Assembly: GCA_030248215.1 (NCBI GenBank)
Contig: JASANG010000627.1
Span: 496,001 to 560,000 of the forward strand
Direction of reading: 5' to 3'
Source of the DNA: Enoplolaimus lenunculus
Taxonomy: Eukaryota
DNA length: 64,000 nucleotides
Shown: positions 51,168 through 64,000 of the stretch, piece after piece
How the letters are laid out: each line of letters opens with the position of its first letter
Numbering within the stretch: position 1 is the stretch's first letter
Program-made: the position numbers and the translations under genes
The notes under the pieces: model-generated
The model's input: the letters and a program-made list of their open reading frames with translations, nothing else
Told to the model about the DNA's origin: nothing
The model's database searches: none

Positions 51168-54100
51168 TTATTTGAATTTAATATCACAGATCAATGGAAT
51201 ATGGTCACTAGGATACTGCCACGAGGGAATTGCAATATGTTTCTTTAGCAAGCTTTCTTCTGGCATTTTGAAGCACTTAGCGCATTCCAATGACTTTCTT
51301 GTGATGAAAATGTGATCAAGGCAGCCTTTAAAACCATCCGTGTAATTCGTAAATTTTGGTGATCCCGATGCCGAAATCAAGTTAAAATTATGTTGCAAAG
51401 CAACGCCCTTAAACGTGTGCTGGTCTGTTGAACCTAAAGCATAACGGATATTATTTACCCAAATGAATAAATCAGGCTTAAAATTATTGTTGAAAGAAAG
51501 TATCATGAAGAACGCGTGCAGATAAAAAAGGTAAGCATTACTGATTCGATCACAGATACAGGATTCGCGCTAACTCTTTAGTTTCCCTCAATCCTAGTAA
51601 GTGTTAAGAAGGCGAAGGTTCCCCCTCCAAACCAAATTTATCACATGCTTTGGTTTAGGCTCACGTTCGTTTGAGAGGGAGAACTTCATGTGTACGAGGG
51701 AAGTAAACAAGTACACTGCAAAAAAATGGTGAGTCAAATTGACTCTATCCGAAATAGGCTCTACGGGACTACACAAACTGAGTCAAATTCGACTCCACCA
51801 GAGTCAAACGTGCGACTTTACTGAGTCGAATTTGAATTTGGCAGAGTCGAATCCGACTCAGTTTGTGTAGTCCCGTAGAGCCTATTTCGGAGAGAGTCAA
51901 TTTGACTCACCATTTTTTGCAGTGTCCGAATTCGTTAAAGTCTACTTTTGAGTGAATTTTATTTCGCACATCAGTTTAAAAGATTATAGGTTAGAGAAAA
52001 AGCTTACGTCCGAGATGCATATTTTAGACAAACTTACTTCCAATACTCCCACAGTTGAGCCAACTTTCAATGCTGAATGCAAAGTTATGTCCACAAGGGT
52101 GGTCAGTTAAAGTAGAAGTACAAAACTAAAGAAAAGTATCGACTTAGTAAAAATTAGACTTAAACCACTGCTCCGTAACTCAAGCGATACCATGAAAGAC
52201 TTCCTGTTAAAAAATTGAAAAAATTACACTTACCGAAATTCCAATCCTGGTGACCTGCAGACAACATTCCATTCAACGCTAAACTGCACACTCCACTGTC
52301 AGGGGTCGAATTTAAATCTCCACAAAACACCACTGGAATTTCGGACAGATCAAACTCAGTATTCTAAAATAATAATAATAATAATAATAAATAATAACTA
52401 CACAATAAATCGTGAACAATCCCAAATTTTTAAGATTACCAAGCACTATTGATAAAAGTAGCATCAAAATACCTATGCATTATGTAATTCGAGGATGACC
52501 GAGACCGCTTTGCAAGAAATCCATAAACATGGTAAACAGTATAACGTATTTATAACGTACTTCATTTACTTACCTTCTCAAATATTTCCGTCAGTACAGT
52601 CTTAACATATCGTAAACAGAGCAAAAGCTGCGCAACCTTTACGTGAGGTACCTTTGGACTGAAGTACAAGTGAGTATTCGCTACACACAAATATCGGTGG
52701 CAAGCTAAATGAGTTTCAAGCACCATAACCTAAAACGTTATAATAAACGGTTGAAAAATCTACATTTCTGCCCATGTTAACTATAGGGGCCTGTTTACTA
52801 ATCCAAAGTCAAAACATGTAGCTAAACTTACATCGGCCTAAAACCTAAGACAACGGTAACCATAATTTAAAGCATTACGGCTCCCAGTCTATAAGTCCCC
52901 TAATTATGAGAAAATCCCCAAGTTCGGCTGTCTTTCAGTAAACAAGTCTGTGAATAATTTTCATAGGCCCCATATCTTTAACCAAAACCAAATATTTCAA
53001 ATTCAACAATGTAAAATAACACCAGAGTTTCAGACAATTTGTATCTAACAAAGAATTTTTTGTCCAAAAATGTTGCTTTCAAACGAAGGCGTTGTAGTGT
53101 GTAGTCACATGGGAAGTAATTGCAAACTAGACAAACATAAAAAATATATAACTGCGGTTCAACGCTTTGATTAGCAGAGTCAAACACCAAAAAATGCACA
53201 ATCTACTAATCCATGCACACCTACACATAATTATTAAACATAGATCGGCAACTGCTTCCATTTTAGTACCTGCACTACATTGTTTAGCTTGTCGACTAGT
53301 GCCTTCATTTCAGGTGTTTGCAGCAATACATCATTTATATCAGTATCTACTGTGCTCATCTGTTGTGTAAGTCCAGAAACCGATACGTGTATGGACCTGA
53401 AACAAACGAATAACATTAAAAATAAACCAACAAATACTTATAGTGCAACCCCCATACGTACATTGAGCATTACTACCACTCGCGGTACCACTGCGATAAC
53501 TTTAATACAGCATCTAAAACTTCCAATTAAAGTACCTTCGTAATTGTTAAACTAATTGAATTAAGTATTTTTTCTATGACAGCATAATGTACTTTCCTAC
53601 TAAAATCCATAAGTCACTTCAGCACACGTTGCCTATGACTGAATTCGAATTGCTGCGGATAAATAAATCAAATCAAGATCGCCCACTACGACTCACCGAA
53701 ACTTATCGCGTCGAAAATATATAGCAATGCCTTCCTGAACAAGACCTGTCTTTTTACCAAATCCATTGACTGTTTCATAACCCGACCGTTCCAATACTTC
53801 AGAAAAATAAAGATTGTGAACAAAACTGTCAACTTCTTGAAGGCAAAGGATGTCAGCATTGAATTCTGTAAAGATAAAGCAAACAACCATACTAGCATAA
53901 ATTTTGCTGTTATAAACAACTGCACGACAATACTGAGTTTCCTTAGCGACGTAAGCGCCAAGTACTCTGAGATTTAAATCATACAACGGTAGACACTCAC
54001 TATTCAGAAAATCTGATCATCTTGTATTAAGGTGGTGCTGTACCTTTTGAAATTTTAATGTTGAAAGAACCCTTAGTTGGAGATAGGTATAGACTTTATC

Positions 54101-57100
54101 TGTTGTATTTTACATTTTCATAATCCACGGAAGCGCAATCTATCTTCACCGGTTTATTTTCGGCAACTGTCAAGATTTATATACTATACAAATGAAATCT
54201 GCCTAATTGTTATCGTCACTTTTTAGTAAAATATCTTAATTTCTACCAACCAAAATTGAACACTTGAATTTTTAGTTCCGGTAAAAATTTACCGGAACCG
54301 GACGGTCAAAAATTGGCGGAACCGGAATTCCGATTTAACAGTGCTCTGAATTCATTGTTTAGTTTTAGTTGGATTGTAATCAAAAGAAGAAAGGTTTTGG
54401 TGTGCGATTACTGACTCGAAGTAATTATTATTTCACATCAAACTAAACATGACACCATTAGTATGTACGGTACTACCTATTGATATATTAGACAAAATAC
54501 TTTGCAACGAAATCAAAATACCTAAAAACAAACTTTTGTCTTTTATAGTATACATATGCAACGGAGGCAGATCCAGAAAACTCTTAAGGTTGGGACCCTG
54601 TGATATATAAAATATAATAGCAAAATAACTCGCTAGCAAAACAAACGGAAAGAAAATATTTGATTTCATACTATTGAGGGGCTAGGTTTGTGCCTTCCGT
54701 TTGGATCCACCAGTAGTGGCGGATCCAGGATCTCAAAATGGGGGGGGGGGGCAAAATTTCACAGATAATAAACTTACTTTTGACCCACACACAAACCACG
54801 AACTATTGTCACAAAATTGCTAAGTATTTAAATTTTGTCGAGATGCTGTTGAGGGGGCCACGGCCGGGGTGGCCCCCCATGGATCCGCCGTTGTCCACCA
54901 GTGATATGAAAATTTCAAGTGAAGCCTCAAATTGATACCATATTGATATATTGTATGTACTTTTTAAAACAAAGCTAACCAGTCAACTGTTTCAACAACA
55001 TTGGAATTCTATAGTTTCGGTGAATGGCTTCCTCATTGCAGTACGGAAAGTAACCGTCTGGTCCTGGTTTGATGTAGAGATCCGCCAAGACATTATACGA
55101 TACAATTCGAAAACTAAACAGGCACAAAACTTTACAGTTTTTGAATAAAGCATGCACACCCTAAGTTATACTGGAACCGTGTTCGGAAGCGGAACAGAAA
55201 AGTTATACGGAATAGGAATAGGCACTAAGAATTTTCACAGGACATACTTTTTACTTACAGAGTCTTATTTTACGTAGTTGCATAGTATGCGCCGGATCAA
55301 GTATTTCAATACTAATTTAATTACCTGTTTAAGATATAACTATCGGTTGTTATGACAATAAACATAATTGCAGGCAATCCGGTTCACAGGTTAGAAACGA
55401 TAACAAATTATGATTCCGATTCCGATTATACGTGCAATCTGAATCAGAATTTTAACAGTAACTGAATTTGAACAGTCGAACTCGGAATCTTAACAGGATT
55501 GAATTTACATCGGAACCCTGATTGGAATCGGAATTGCATCCGTTTGCACCCTGCAACAACACATATAATAACATGCAGCAAAACCTGCGAAACGCGCATG
55601 ACTTTCACCATATTAAAGGAATGATATCCTTCAATTAAGTAAAAACCATTTTGGTACTTAACATAATTTTGATTGATTCTTGTCTCGTTCTAAAAAATGT
55701 ATTCTATGTAACCCTCGTTTGCGTTTGATTGCACAAAAGACACATTACGCTGTAATTCACCTACATACAAATGACAACCGAAATTGCAGATACAATTCTT
55801 ACCAATTATCGTTTGGTAAAACAGATAGCTCTTGTACAATGTCTTCATGAATCGGATTTCCAGGATTTTGCTTGACTTTTTGGCCAGAAAAATGAACACA
55901 AGGCAGGCCTAGAACGCCATCCGCAGAGTAGAGCAATGCAACCAGAATAAGTTCACGGTCAATTACGTCTACCGATGGAGTATAATACTCAGTTTGTGGG
56001 TCGATACTAGCAAGCAGCTTAAAGCCAGGCGGCGAAAGTTCATTTGGGCTGGCATAAGTTGACTGTAACTCGGACCTTGAAGTTTCCGATGATGCTTGAG
56101 AGTGATCGTCGCGGCTCGATGTGTAATATTTTAGCACTACCTAAAAATAATTCAAAATACATGCAATGGATTTTGTGCAATCAATTTCTAAGATTACTTA
56201 CACATTTTACAAATCAAATGGAAAATTACTGAATTTCGAAAATTACAACACACTAGGTCGAAAAAATATAAGAAATATAACCAAAACGTGATTGGTTTAC
56301 ACACATTTATAATACATTATGAACAAAAAGTACAATCCAAAATCCCCAGTAGCTTTAGTATATACTGAAGCTAGCGTGGTCATAAAACTTATGAAATATT
56401 TCAGGTTGAAAATAAAACACTAACAGATACATTTTTAGTTGCAAGCCTAACATCCAATTAGGACAACACAATTATAATTTTCTGGCTTTTGCCTTATTAA
56501 CGAAATACGCTCATAAAATCCAAACTTAGCGCAACAGGACGCAAGTATTTACTTTACCTTTTTAGCGTCATCGGTGGCCTTCAACCGCGGTATGACTGGA
56601 AATCCAGCAAAAATCCTAAGCGAAACTTTGATCATTTCTACTCGTGCAGGATTCCAATGTATTCGCCAACTTCGTCTGTGCGATGAAAATATTTCGTTTT
56701 CGTCTGTTCTGATCAAAAGCGAAGCCGCAGTGCGAAAACTATCAACACAAGTTGCATCACACGTGTCAATTTTTTGGTCATCAGCCCCGCATAAAACAAC
56801 TGAAAAATATTTCCAACGTAACAAATGCGAGCAAAATATTCCAAGACTAATTTGTCATATACAATCAGTACGAACGCAATTCTAGACGGAACAAACTGTC
56901 GAAGGTGCCTCAGGTGACCAATTGACTACTCACTGTGCTTCGGGAATGAAAAGTAAAATTTTTAAAGCAAAGAAATTGTACATTGTTAAGTACGTATTTT
57001 TTATAATGTGAAATTTTCTTACTAAGCCCATTTTTACTTATTTTACCGTATGCATATGATAAAACATACCAAATTTATTATTATTCCGGCATTATATATA

Positions 57101-58164
57101 ACGTTTGCAGCAATATGGTTTACTAAACTACGCCTCGGATTTTTTGCCTTTGTGATTGATTGTCTTACATATTAATTGGAATATAGATTAACAAAAACAT
57201 ACTTTCGTATGATGGGAAATGTTTCATTTCTCCAGAAGAATCCTTCGTGCGCGTACCTTTGGGGAATTTGAAAACTGTTTCCTTAAATAATAACGGATTA
57301 TATACATATATAACAAAATATGCATATACTGAGTGAAGTTGTCATTGACAAACTGAACGCAATCGCACTGAAATTCGAAAGTACGATACGCTTGAACTTT
57401 AGGGGCAACATTGTATGAATTCAAGTACTGCATGAAAACAATATGTTTTTCAAAGTCATGATCATGCTTCATTATATGAACTTTCAAATGAAATAAAACG
57501 CGGCTTATCAACAAATCACATTGCACTGAAAATTATTTTGTAGTAAAAATTATTTTTTACAATCAAATTCCGCTATGGGATTAGCCATTTTTACTTTCAA
57601 CGCCGAGCTATTTTTTCATCAAGTTTAACCATTATGTTGCGTGCTGTTTATTGCACATTTCCGTATCAGTATGACACTCTTAACTTAACGTCACACTGCT
57701 TGCAAGTAAAACCACCGACATACGTCAGATAACAGTTAAATGATTGTTAAAATGTGAAACCGTAAAAAAATTAACCTCACCAAATACTTCTTTGCTATAC
57801 GATCCATTGTGTACTGCGTTAATTCGTTGTTTCTCTTCAAATTCAAAATTTTCGATACTCTCATAGGCGTGCTACTACGTTCACCATTGTCCACGCATCT
57901 GTCTATGCTAGAATTATTTCCGCTGGCAGTGCAGCAGACGTCGTCGTCTGGAGTAACAGGCAACATTAAATGCAATATTGAACAATCGTTCGATGGTACT
58001 GCGTACAGTTTTGTAGCATCAATAAAACTATTGAGCATCGTTCGTGTATACTGCAGCTGAATGCGGTTAATATTTGAGCTATAATAGCACTGCTTAATAT
58101 GAATCAAGTTTTCGCTGTAAACCAAACGGCGGAACCGGACATAAACATTGTATGATCGTTGCAT
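51168..58164 (-). CDS. PDE12: 2',5'-phosphodiesterase 12 (CCR4/nocturnin-type EEP nuclease, mitochondrial deadenylase), ~674 aa, 10 exons
   Basis: Exons: 57781-58164, 57203-57281, 56558-56799, 55803-56140, 54980-55113, 53697-53865, 53270-53396, 52574-52729, 52234-52363, 51168-51433 (2025 nt, phases consistent). EEP motifs: FRIVSYNVLADLY, YFPYC, ADILCLQEVD, VANTHLYF, VVFCGDLNSTPDSG, FTNYTDGFKGCLDHIF, PSDH. The N-terminal domain features (AGFPVIP, YTPSVDVID) and an Arg-rich presequence-like start (MQRSYNVYVRFRRL) favour PDE12 over CCR4/ANGEL. Confidence 0.88.
51714..51924. mobile_element. Palindromic CACTG MITE, second copy (last PDE12 intron)
   Basis: Arms are nearly identical to 49533-49741. 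TA|CACTG...CAGTG|TC. Confidence 0.88.
54714..54893. mobile_element. GC-rich MITE (TAGTGGCGGATCCA termini) in a PDE12 intron
   Basis: TAGTGGCGGATCCA / TGGATCCGCCGTTG. Perfect TSD TCCACCAG. It is inserted into the GGATCCACCAG end of an older related copy. Confidence 0.85.
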
Positions 58165-61100
58165 TTACAACAGACCGCCAAATTGAGACAAAAGAAGTTG
58201 TGAAATTCGACGATTATATTAAAGTGCATGGACGCCGCGATATTGGATAGACGTGTGCAAGCGGAGTCCAATGTAGATAAATTTTCACAATGTTGTGCAA
58301 CTGCAAACGTTACAACTTTTAATTTATATGCGGAACTACTAAAAACGGCTTGCCCACACAAATACTTTATTATACTTGATAACTATTTAAGGTAAAACCT
58401 GTCTGAAATATATATTAGTCAGAGTGCGACCAGGATAATTAATTTAAATGTAATAATGAACGGCATTGATATATGAGAGCGTAACTAACAATTCTTCCTT
58501 CTGTGGCCTAAGGAATCCAAAGTATTTACGTGACAAAACTTAACATGTCACGCCGATGAATTTTTAACACGTTAACAACTATTCTATTTCACTACCACTA
58601 TGATTTTGCAGCGTTGCGTACAGTTGCAATTTTTGTTTGGCCCAACTTACTTTTAGGGGCATCCAGTTTACCCTGCGTACTACAAAACGGATGTGTCTTA
58701 GGATTAACGGTTATTATGTTCACCTTACGCCTCGTCTTAGTTTTAGAGTTATTTTTAAGGTGAAGTTTAAACTAAGGGTAAGTAATAGGAATATCCTACG
58801 ATACCGTTACGCCCCTAAAATAATACTGTTCTTCTTTATCACGTTTTCCAGCATTATTTTAACCCATTAAATATTGTTAACACACACGGGCTCTTGCAAA
58901 CATTTACAACACATGTATGACAGAAAAAATATGTACAAGTCAATCAATTCCATGGCAGTTCACATAAATACAGATGGTTTCAACGTTTTGAAGTTTATAA
59001 AAACACCAGAACTTCCGCTGGATGCCGTTATTTCGGCCCGGATAGCCGGTCGCACCCTGATAGAAACATATGTACACGCCACCATCTATAATTTAACAAA
59101 ATACAATATAAACAGTTACACTCTGAATTAAGTGTACCCGCATTGAATGTTACCCGCGGACGCACGCAACATCAAAGCGCATACTGCGTACTTTGGAACA
59201 GTCTTTATGTTATAGAAACAACATTTGAGAACAACCGCAGCCACAAACACACGCGGACGCAGATGCGCGGATAAGTTAGCGACAGCAGTTGGACGCGTTT
59301 GCGTGCGTCTGCCCGCATAAATTGAACACTTAATTCCGACCGCAAGTTTACGTATCTTTCAACGTTTCAAATGGCTAAAGTTACTGCAAAACCAACCAGC
59401 AACACTCAACAATTTACTTTTTTTGCAAAATTAAACAGTGTTTAGTGAGTGAACTGTGTAATTAGTTCTAAAAACCGAATTTAGTGCGGTCTCTAACATG
59501 TAAAGGGGCGAGAAATGTTTCAACTAACTGCCGAAGCTGCAGTCGTACTCGCGGCGCTATTTGTATCATGGTGCCGTTGGGCCGAGTTACAGCAGTGGAG
59601 CTACTAATGGCTGCACAAATATGCTAAACACCACATACGCCAACGTTTTAAAGAATATATTTAACTTAGCATTATAGATGGGAACCGGATATCCGGATAT
59701 GTAAAACATTCGGATATGTATCCGAAATGAAATATGTATCCAGATATCCGAAATGCTATTATTTAAATTTTTTTGAAAAGTTTGCATTGTTTCATCACTA
59801 AAGTAGCTGGTGCTAACGAAAAAAATTCTGTATTCAAACTTCGGACACATTATTGAACTAAATTTTTTGACGATTTTTGCGAGTAGATTTGGTTTTTTCG
59901 GTGTATATTGCTTGTAAAATTTAAATCTCCTTGACTGTATTTTTCCCGATCATAGTTTCTACAAGAGAAGTTTTGATAATTCAGTATGACATTGAAAACA
60001 TTTCCTTCCTTACATATTGTTGGATCCTGTCGTAAGCTCGGTCCTGTGGTGGACCTTGTGTATGAAAAGTAGTTTAGTGCTCCAATGCATCGTCGTTAGA
60101 GTTTCAGATAAAGTATACGTATACTTAAGATGGCGCTATACTTTTCATGGCGTGCGGCGCCGTCCGTCACCGTACGACACTGTACCGCAAAGCACATGAA
60201 TTTAAGTAGTAATACCCCCGCCGTGGGACCCGGTGTAAAAGCAGTCCCAACCAAGGTTTCAAGAGCTTACTAAAATTTGATAATATTCTTCAATCTCATA
60301 TTGGTAAACTAATTACAAGGACAGCATTTACCCTGGGTCCCACATATTAAACTATTAAACAATACCGTATGGTTATCATTGCACAAAGTGTTTCAGATAC
60401 ACATCAAAGACTTAAGAAAGATCCTGGTATCCAGGACTTGTGTTTCAATATACAGTATACGTGGCGTCATAAATAAATAAGAAGAAGGCGAAACTAACAA
60501 TTATTAGTGGTGTTTAAACAGGCAAAAAATCGAAAAGGTGTATAAATATTGTAACGCAAATAGAAACGTAAAATTTTAGTGCAACTGCTGCTGAGGCTTG
60601 TTTTTTATAAGATATTGCTAGCTCCAGTGTATCGCTTTCATTCCTTGGCTAACAATGGATGATACTATTTGTGTCATATTATTTTACATACACTGAATGT
60701 ACATAAAACATGTTTAGTACATTTAAGCCGTCGTGTTTCGGGCCAGATAATCGGAGTGATCTAGAGCCTCATTTTCTTCGCCACTGCTTGTAAAAAGCGA
60801 CCCTATATTATTTTTATTTCATGTCCAACTTCAGCTAGCCTAAGCCTATTATTTATTTTAAATAACATCAGCTAAATGTAGCGAACGCTGAATGTATGTT
60901 ATATTGCTTTGATGTATAGTTTTGAAAACAACTAAGCGTCCTTTCATTAATTGTTTATCAGTATAGTGAAATAGTACTAGTTTGTATAAGTTTGAAGTTA
61001 TCTTCAATACTGTGCATTCTATCCCTGCTTGAGTAAATGAATGACACCAAGATCTATACCTTCTTATTGCAATGAAAACCGCTGTATCTATTAAGCATGC

Positions 61101-61814
61101 AGAATTTGTTTAAACACTTAACAAACGTATACATACGAACTTGTTTGACGATCTATTTATACATGTATATATTAACATATATGTACTGCGCAATATATGT
61201 ATATATGCTAGTTGATTGGCAACTAGCGCGTACGCTAATCTGCATGACAATGTTGACTGCTTATCTGTTTCACAGTACATTTCGTTTTAGACTTTGTTTA
61301 CGTGTTGAGACAGCCGGTTTAATTTTTTTCATTCCAAGGGTTTAAATATTCTTTTAGAAATATGAGGCGTGTAAATCCAATACCTTATTGGTTACAGGTT
61401 GTTATAAGTATATAAATCTAAGACCCAAATTTTGTATGACCCATCAGGAAGGGACCGAATATCCGGTCCAGATTTCTTATAAGTAAGAAAATACATACTT
61501 GGTCCCGAAATCAATGTACTATCTGGCTGATATTCAGTTCGCTTCATGTAGAAAGTAATCCATCCGGTTTCGGTACCAGGTATTTTGGGATCCGCTCCAA
61601 TCATGTTCCCTCCTTAATCCTTGTCCCCAATTGAGGGGCGTTGTTCAAAAATACAACGCGCGCTGATACATTTGGTACCAAGCTAGTCGTTGCACATTTT
61701 TGTCAAAGATTGATTAACTCTTGTTTATACTAACTACGCACAGCCTTATTATAGGAAACAACATAGACGATGGCTTATCTGCCAATCTTGTAAGCAATGC
61801 TTGCATAGTATAAC

Positions 61815-61874
61815 GGCCGGTAACTTGCAAATCTGGTATGTACAGGCCGGTAACTTGCAAATCTGGTATGTACA
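61815..61874. repeat. Exact 30-bp tandem duplication
   Basis: GGCCGGTAACTTGCAAATCTGGTATGTACA x2. Confidence 0.95.
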
Positions 61875-61885
61875 AATGTTTTATC

Positions 61886-62170
61886 TCGGGTACAACCGGA
61901 AGTCCGGCTCCGGCTCCGGCAGAAAATCAGCCTCCGGCTCCGACTCCTGTAGAATTTTTGCCGGAGGTTCCGGCATTTCGGTAGTACAATTTTGCACAAT
62001 GCGCGTTTCGATTGACTTTTGTCACAATTTTCATGAAAGAACTGCCGAAATTTGGCAGAAAATTAGCGTTTTTTACTACTTAATTTCGCCTCACCTCTGG
62101 CTCCGGCTCCGTCAAGTTCCCTTGAACTCCGCCTCCGGCTCTGGTATTTTGGACCTCCAGTTGCATCCTC
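61886..62170. mobile_element. hAT-like MITE family 2
   Basis: TCGGGTACAACCGGA / TCCAGTTGCATCCTC ends. TSD GTTTTATC/GTTTTAAC. Homologous to 23992-24316. Confidence 0.82.
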
Positions 62171-62869
62171 GTTTTAACTTACAGTCAAATAAAAACGTTC
62201 AGCCCTGCAAACAGGATTTGTGTGCAACAAGATTTCTAGAGAGGGAAAACGAAAACTCTTCTAACAATTGTCCTCATTGTGTTGAAACAGTTTTGACAAG
62301 TGAAAGTGTTTGTAGGGGTGCGGTGCCCGCTAACCCGCTTTTGCCAGTACTTTTTATCATTGTACTGCGCAGTGTACTCAAGTACTTGCTGTTATTAGTG
62401 CACTGCAAAGTGTAGTCAATGTAAACGTTCTTATTTTAAATTAGATTAGGGTTCACGTCAACACTTAATGCTTTAGACAAAGGGCGTTCTTCCTTGTTGC
62501 TCCGTTTGCAAGCCTATTACGCTTTTAATAGCTTAAATTATTTTGACTACTTCTTAGAACTTTGACGCCGGTTATAATCGGATTGTAGCCCAATGTGATG
62601 ATTGTAATTAGCATTTAGGCTATAATCGTATATATATTATAATTAAATTTTAAGCTCTTAGCGTACTAAAATAGAAATTGAGACGCCAATTTGTGCCAGT
62701 TACCAAAGCCTAATCACGTGAAATTTGACCTATTTAGCCTAAAGTTTTAAATTTTAATCTAAAAATAGTACGCATTGGAATTTACCTGCAAATAATTAGT
62801 AGTATAAAAGGCCAGCGATATTAAATTTTATTGTACATATTTCAAACCTGCATCAGTTTTAATAGTTCA

Positions 62870-63013
62870 ATCAATACAATTTGTTGGAACTATAAGCATG
62901 TCTTATTGCAAGCTAAAGTGCCATACTGGTTGGTATTTTTCAATCAAAACAATTTGTTTACACTATAAGCATGTCTTATTTTAACCTCAAGTGGCATAAT
63001 CGTTAGTATTTCT
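62870..63013. repeat. Degenerate ~72-bp tandem duplication
   Basis: Two copies sharing CAATC(A)A.ACAATTTGTT...ACTATAAGCATGTCTTATT...AAGTG.CATA...GTATTT. Confidence 0.75.
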
Positions 63014-64000
63014 CTAACGTAATTAATTACCTAATTATTTAATGACTTAATTAATTATTCGACTATGGTTGGTAATAAAGTATATTTATTTTCGCGTGTG
63101 ACTGGTTTACGCATACCCTCTTCAAGGGTACCGTTCGAGTTTCTGAAAAAATGATTTTGCGGCATTGCGGTGTAAGTTGTTTTTATTTATATCCATTCAC
63201 TTGAGATTAGGTGTGGCCCTGAGTTGAGAGAACATTAGGTAACTTTGGAATAATAGATGTGTTTACATATTTGTGATGCACTTAGATGTGAGTTGAATAA
63301 CTGAACAATTTCACGTTATTTGTCAGGCTCTTTTAGTTATCGTCTCCAGTTTATTTATATACAATCTGCAATGGCAGCTGCATAACTTAAACGTTAATAT
63401 ATTTTGCACCCGTCCTTAGTTCTGAGATTTGTTAAAGTTTTCATTGTTTGAAAAATGTAGACTTATATTGCCGAACATCATTAGATTTGGCTTTCTCACA
63501 ACGGAATCTGAATCTGATCGGCCAAATTTTGCTGAATCTGAATCCTCATTCCCTTTTCAAATAAAACATTTTGACTTCTGTACACGCAGTGTCGTAAAAA
63601 TAAACATTTTCAGATAAAAGTTATATGCTGCCAGTCCGAGATGTAACCACAGACGTTCAGTCTGTAAGCAGCAATAATGGTCAGATAGATGAGATGTTGT
63701 TAATTCCAGCATCTTATATGTGAGTTGCTAAATGTTAAATTTCAATTTTTTCAACTAAAAGGCTTACGAATTATGTTTGTTATTAATGACTATTTGAAGT
63801 CCCTTATAACTTGATATATTGTTTTACCAGAACACGTCAGAACCGTTTCTTTTGTCACATTGACAACTTCTAAATAATTATAAGACAATTTTATATATTT
63901 TGTTGTACCTTGCAATATATCACCTATTCTTTTTGTCACACATCGTGATTGTATACATTTTTAATTGGAATCGTTTTACTTTGCTGTTTGCGTTGTATAT

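Noticed and set aside
55713..55760. Possible extra PDE12 micro-exon (GELQRNVSFVQSNANE)
   Set aside because: It is phase-incompatible. Exon 55803-56140 joins 54980-55113 directly in frame (NDNC-FRIVSYN).
61801..62415. 204-aa ORF (also 50858-51315 and 48853-49170 ORFs)
   Set aside because: These read through CCGGAG-rich hAT MITEs and have no transposase or other domain motifs.

Overview
This is AT-rich eukaryotic genomic DNA, most likely from a nematode: it has TTAGGC repeats, TTTCAG/TTTTAG splice acceptors and some very short introns. Four intron-containing genes can be assembled by hand with GT-AG boundaries and consistent phases, all on the minus strand. They are a 17-exon SLC9A/NHE Na+/H+ exchanger (577-21696, ~1001 aa), pyruvate dehydrogenase E1 alpha (34523-~38897), complex I subunit NDUFA2 (45251-45860) and the PDE12-type EEP nuclease (51168-58164). 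Introns and intergenic DNA are packed with short non-autonomous DNA transposons. The most striking is a MITE family with GGCC termini, ~25-bp terminal inverted repeats (TIRs) and 8(-9)-bp target-site duplications (TSDs). It carries two blocks of the TTAGGC telomere repeat and is concentrated in the first 14 kb. Also present: a ~3-kb foldback-like structure whose arms are 16-bp tandem repeats (one arm expanded into a ~2-kb 32-bp-dimer minisatellite), several hAT-like MITE families with perfect 8-bp TSDs (some nested), a pair of CACTG-ended palindromic MITEs flanking the last PDE12 exon, a 41-bp minisatellite, tRNA-like SINE remnants, and a probable decayed L2/CR1-type reverse transcriptase with an unusually long open frame. 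All calls were made by eye; no database searches were run.
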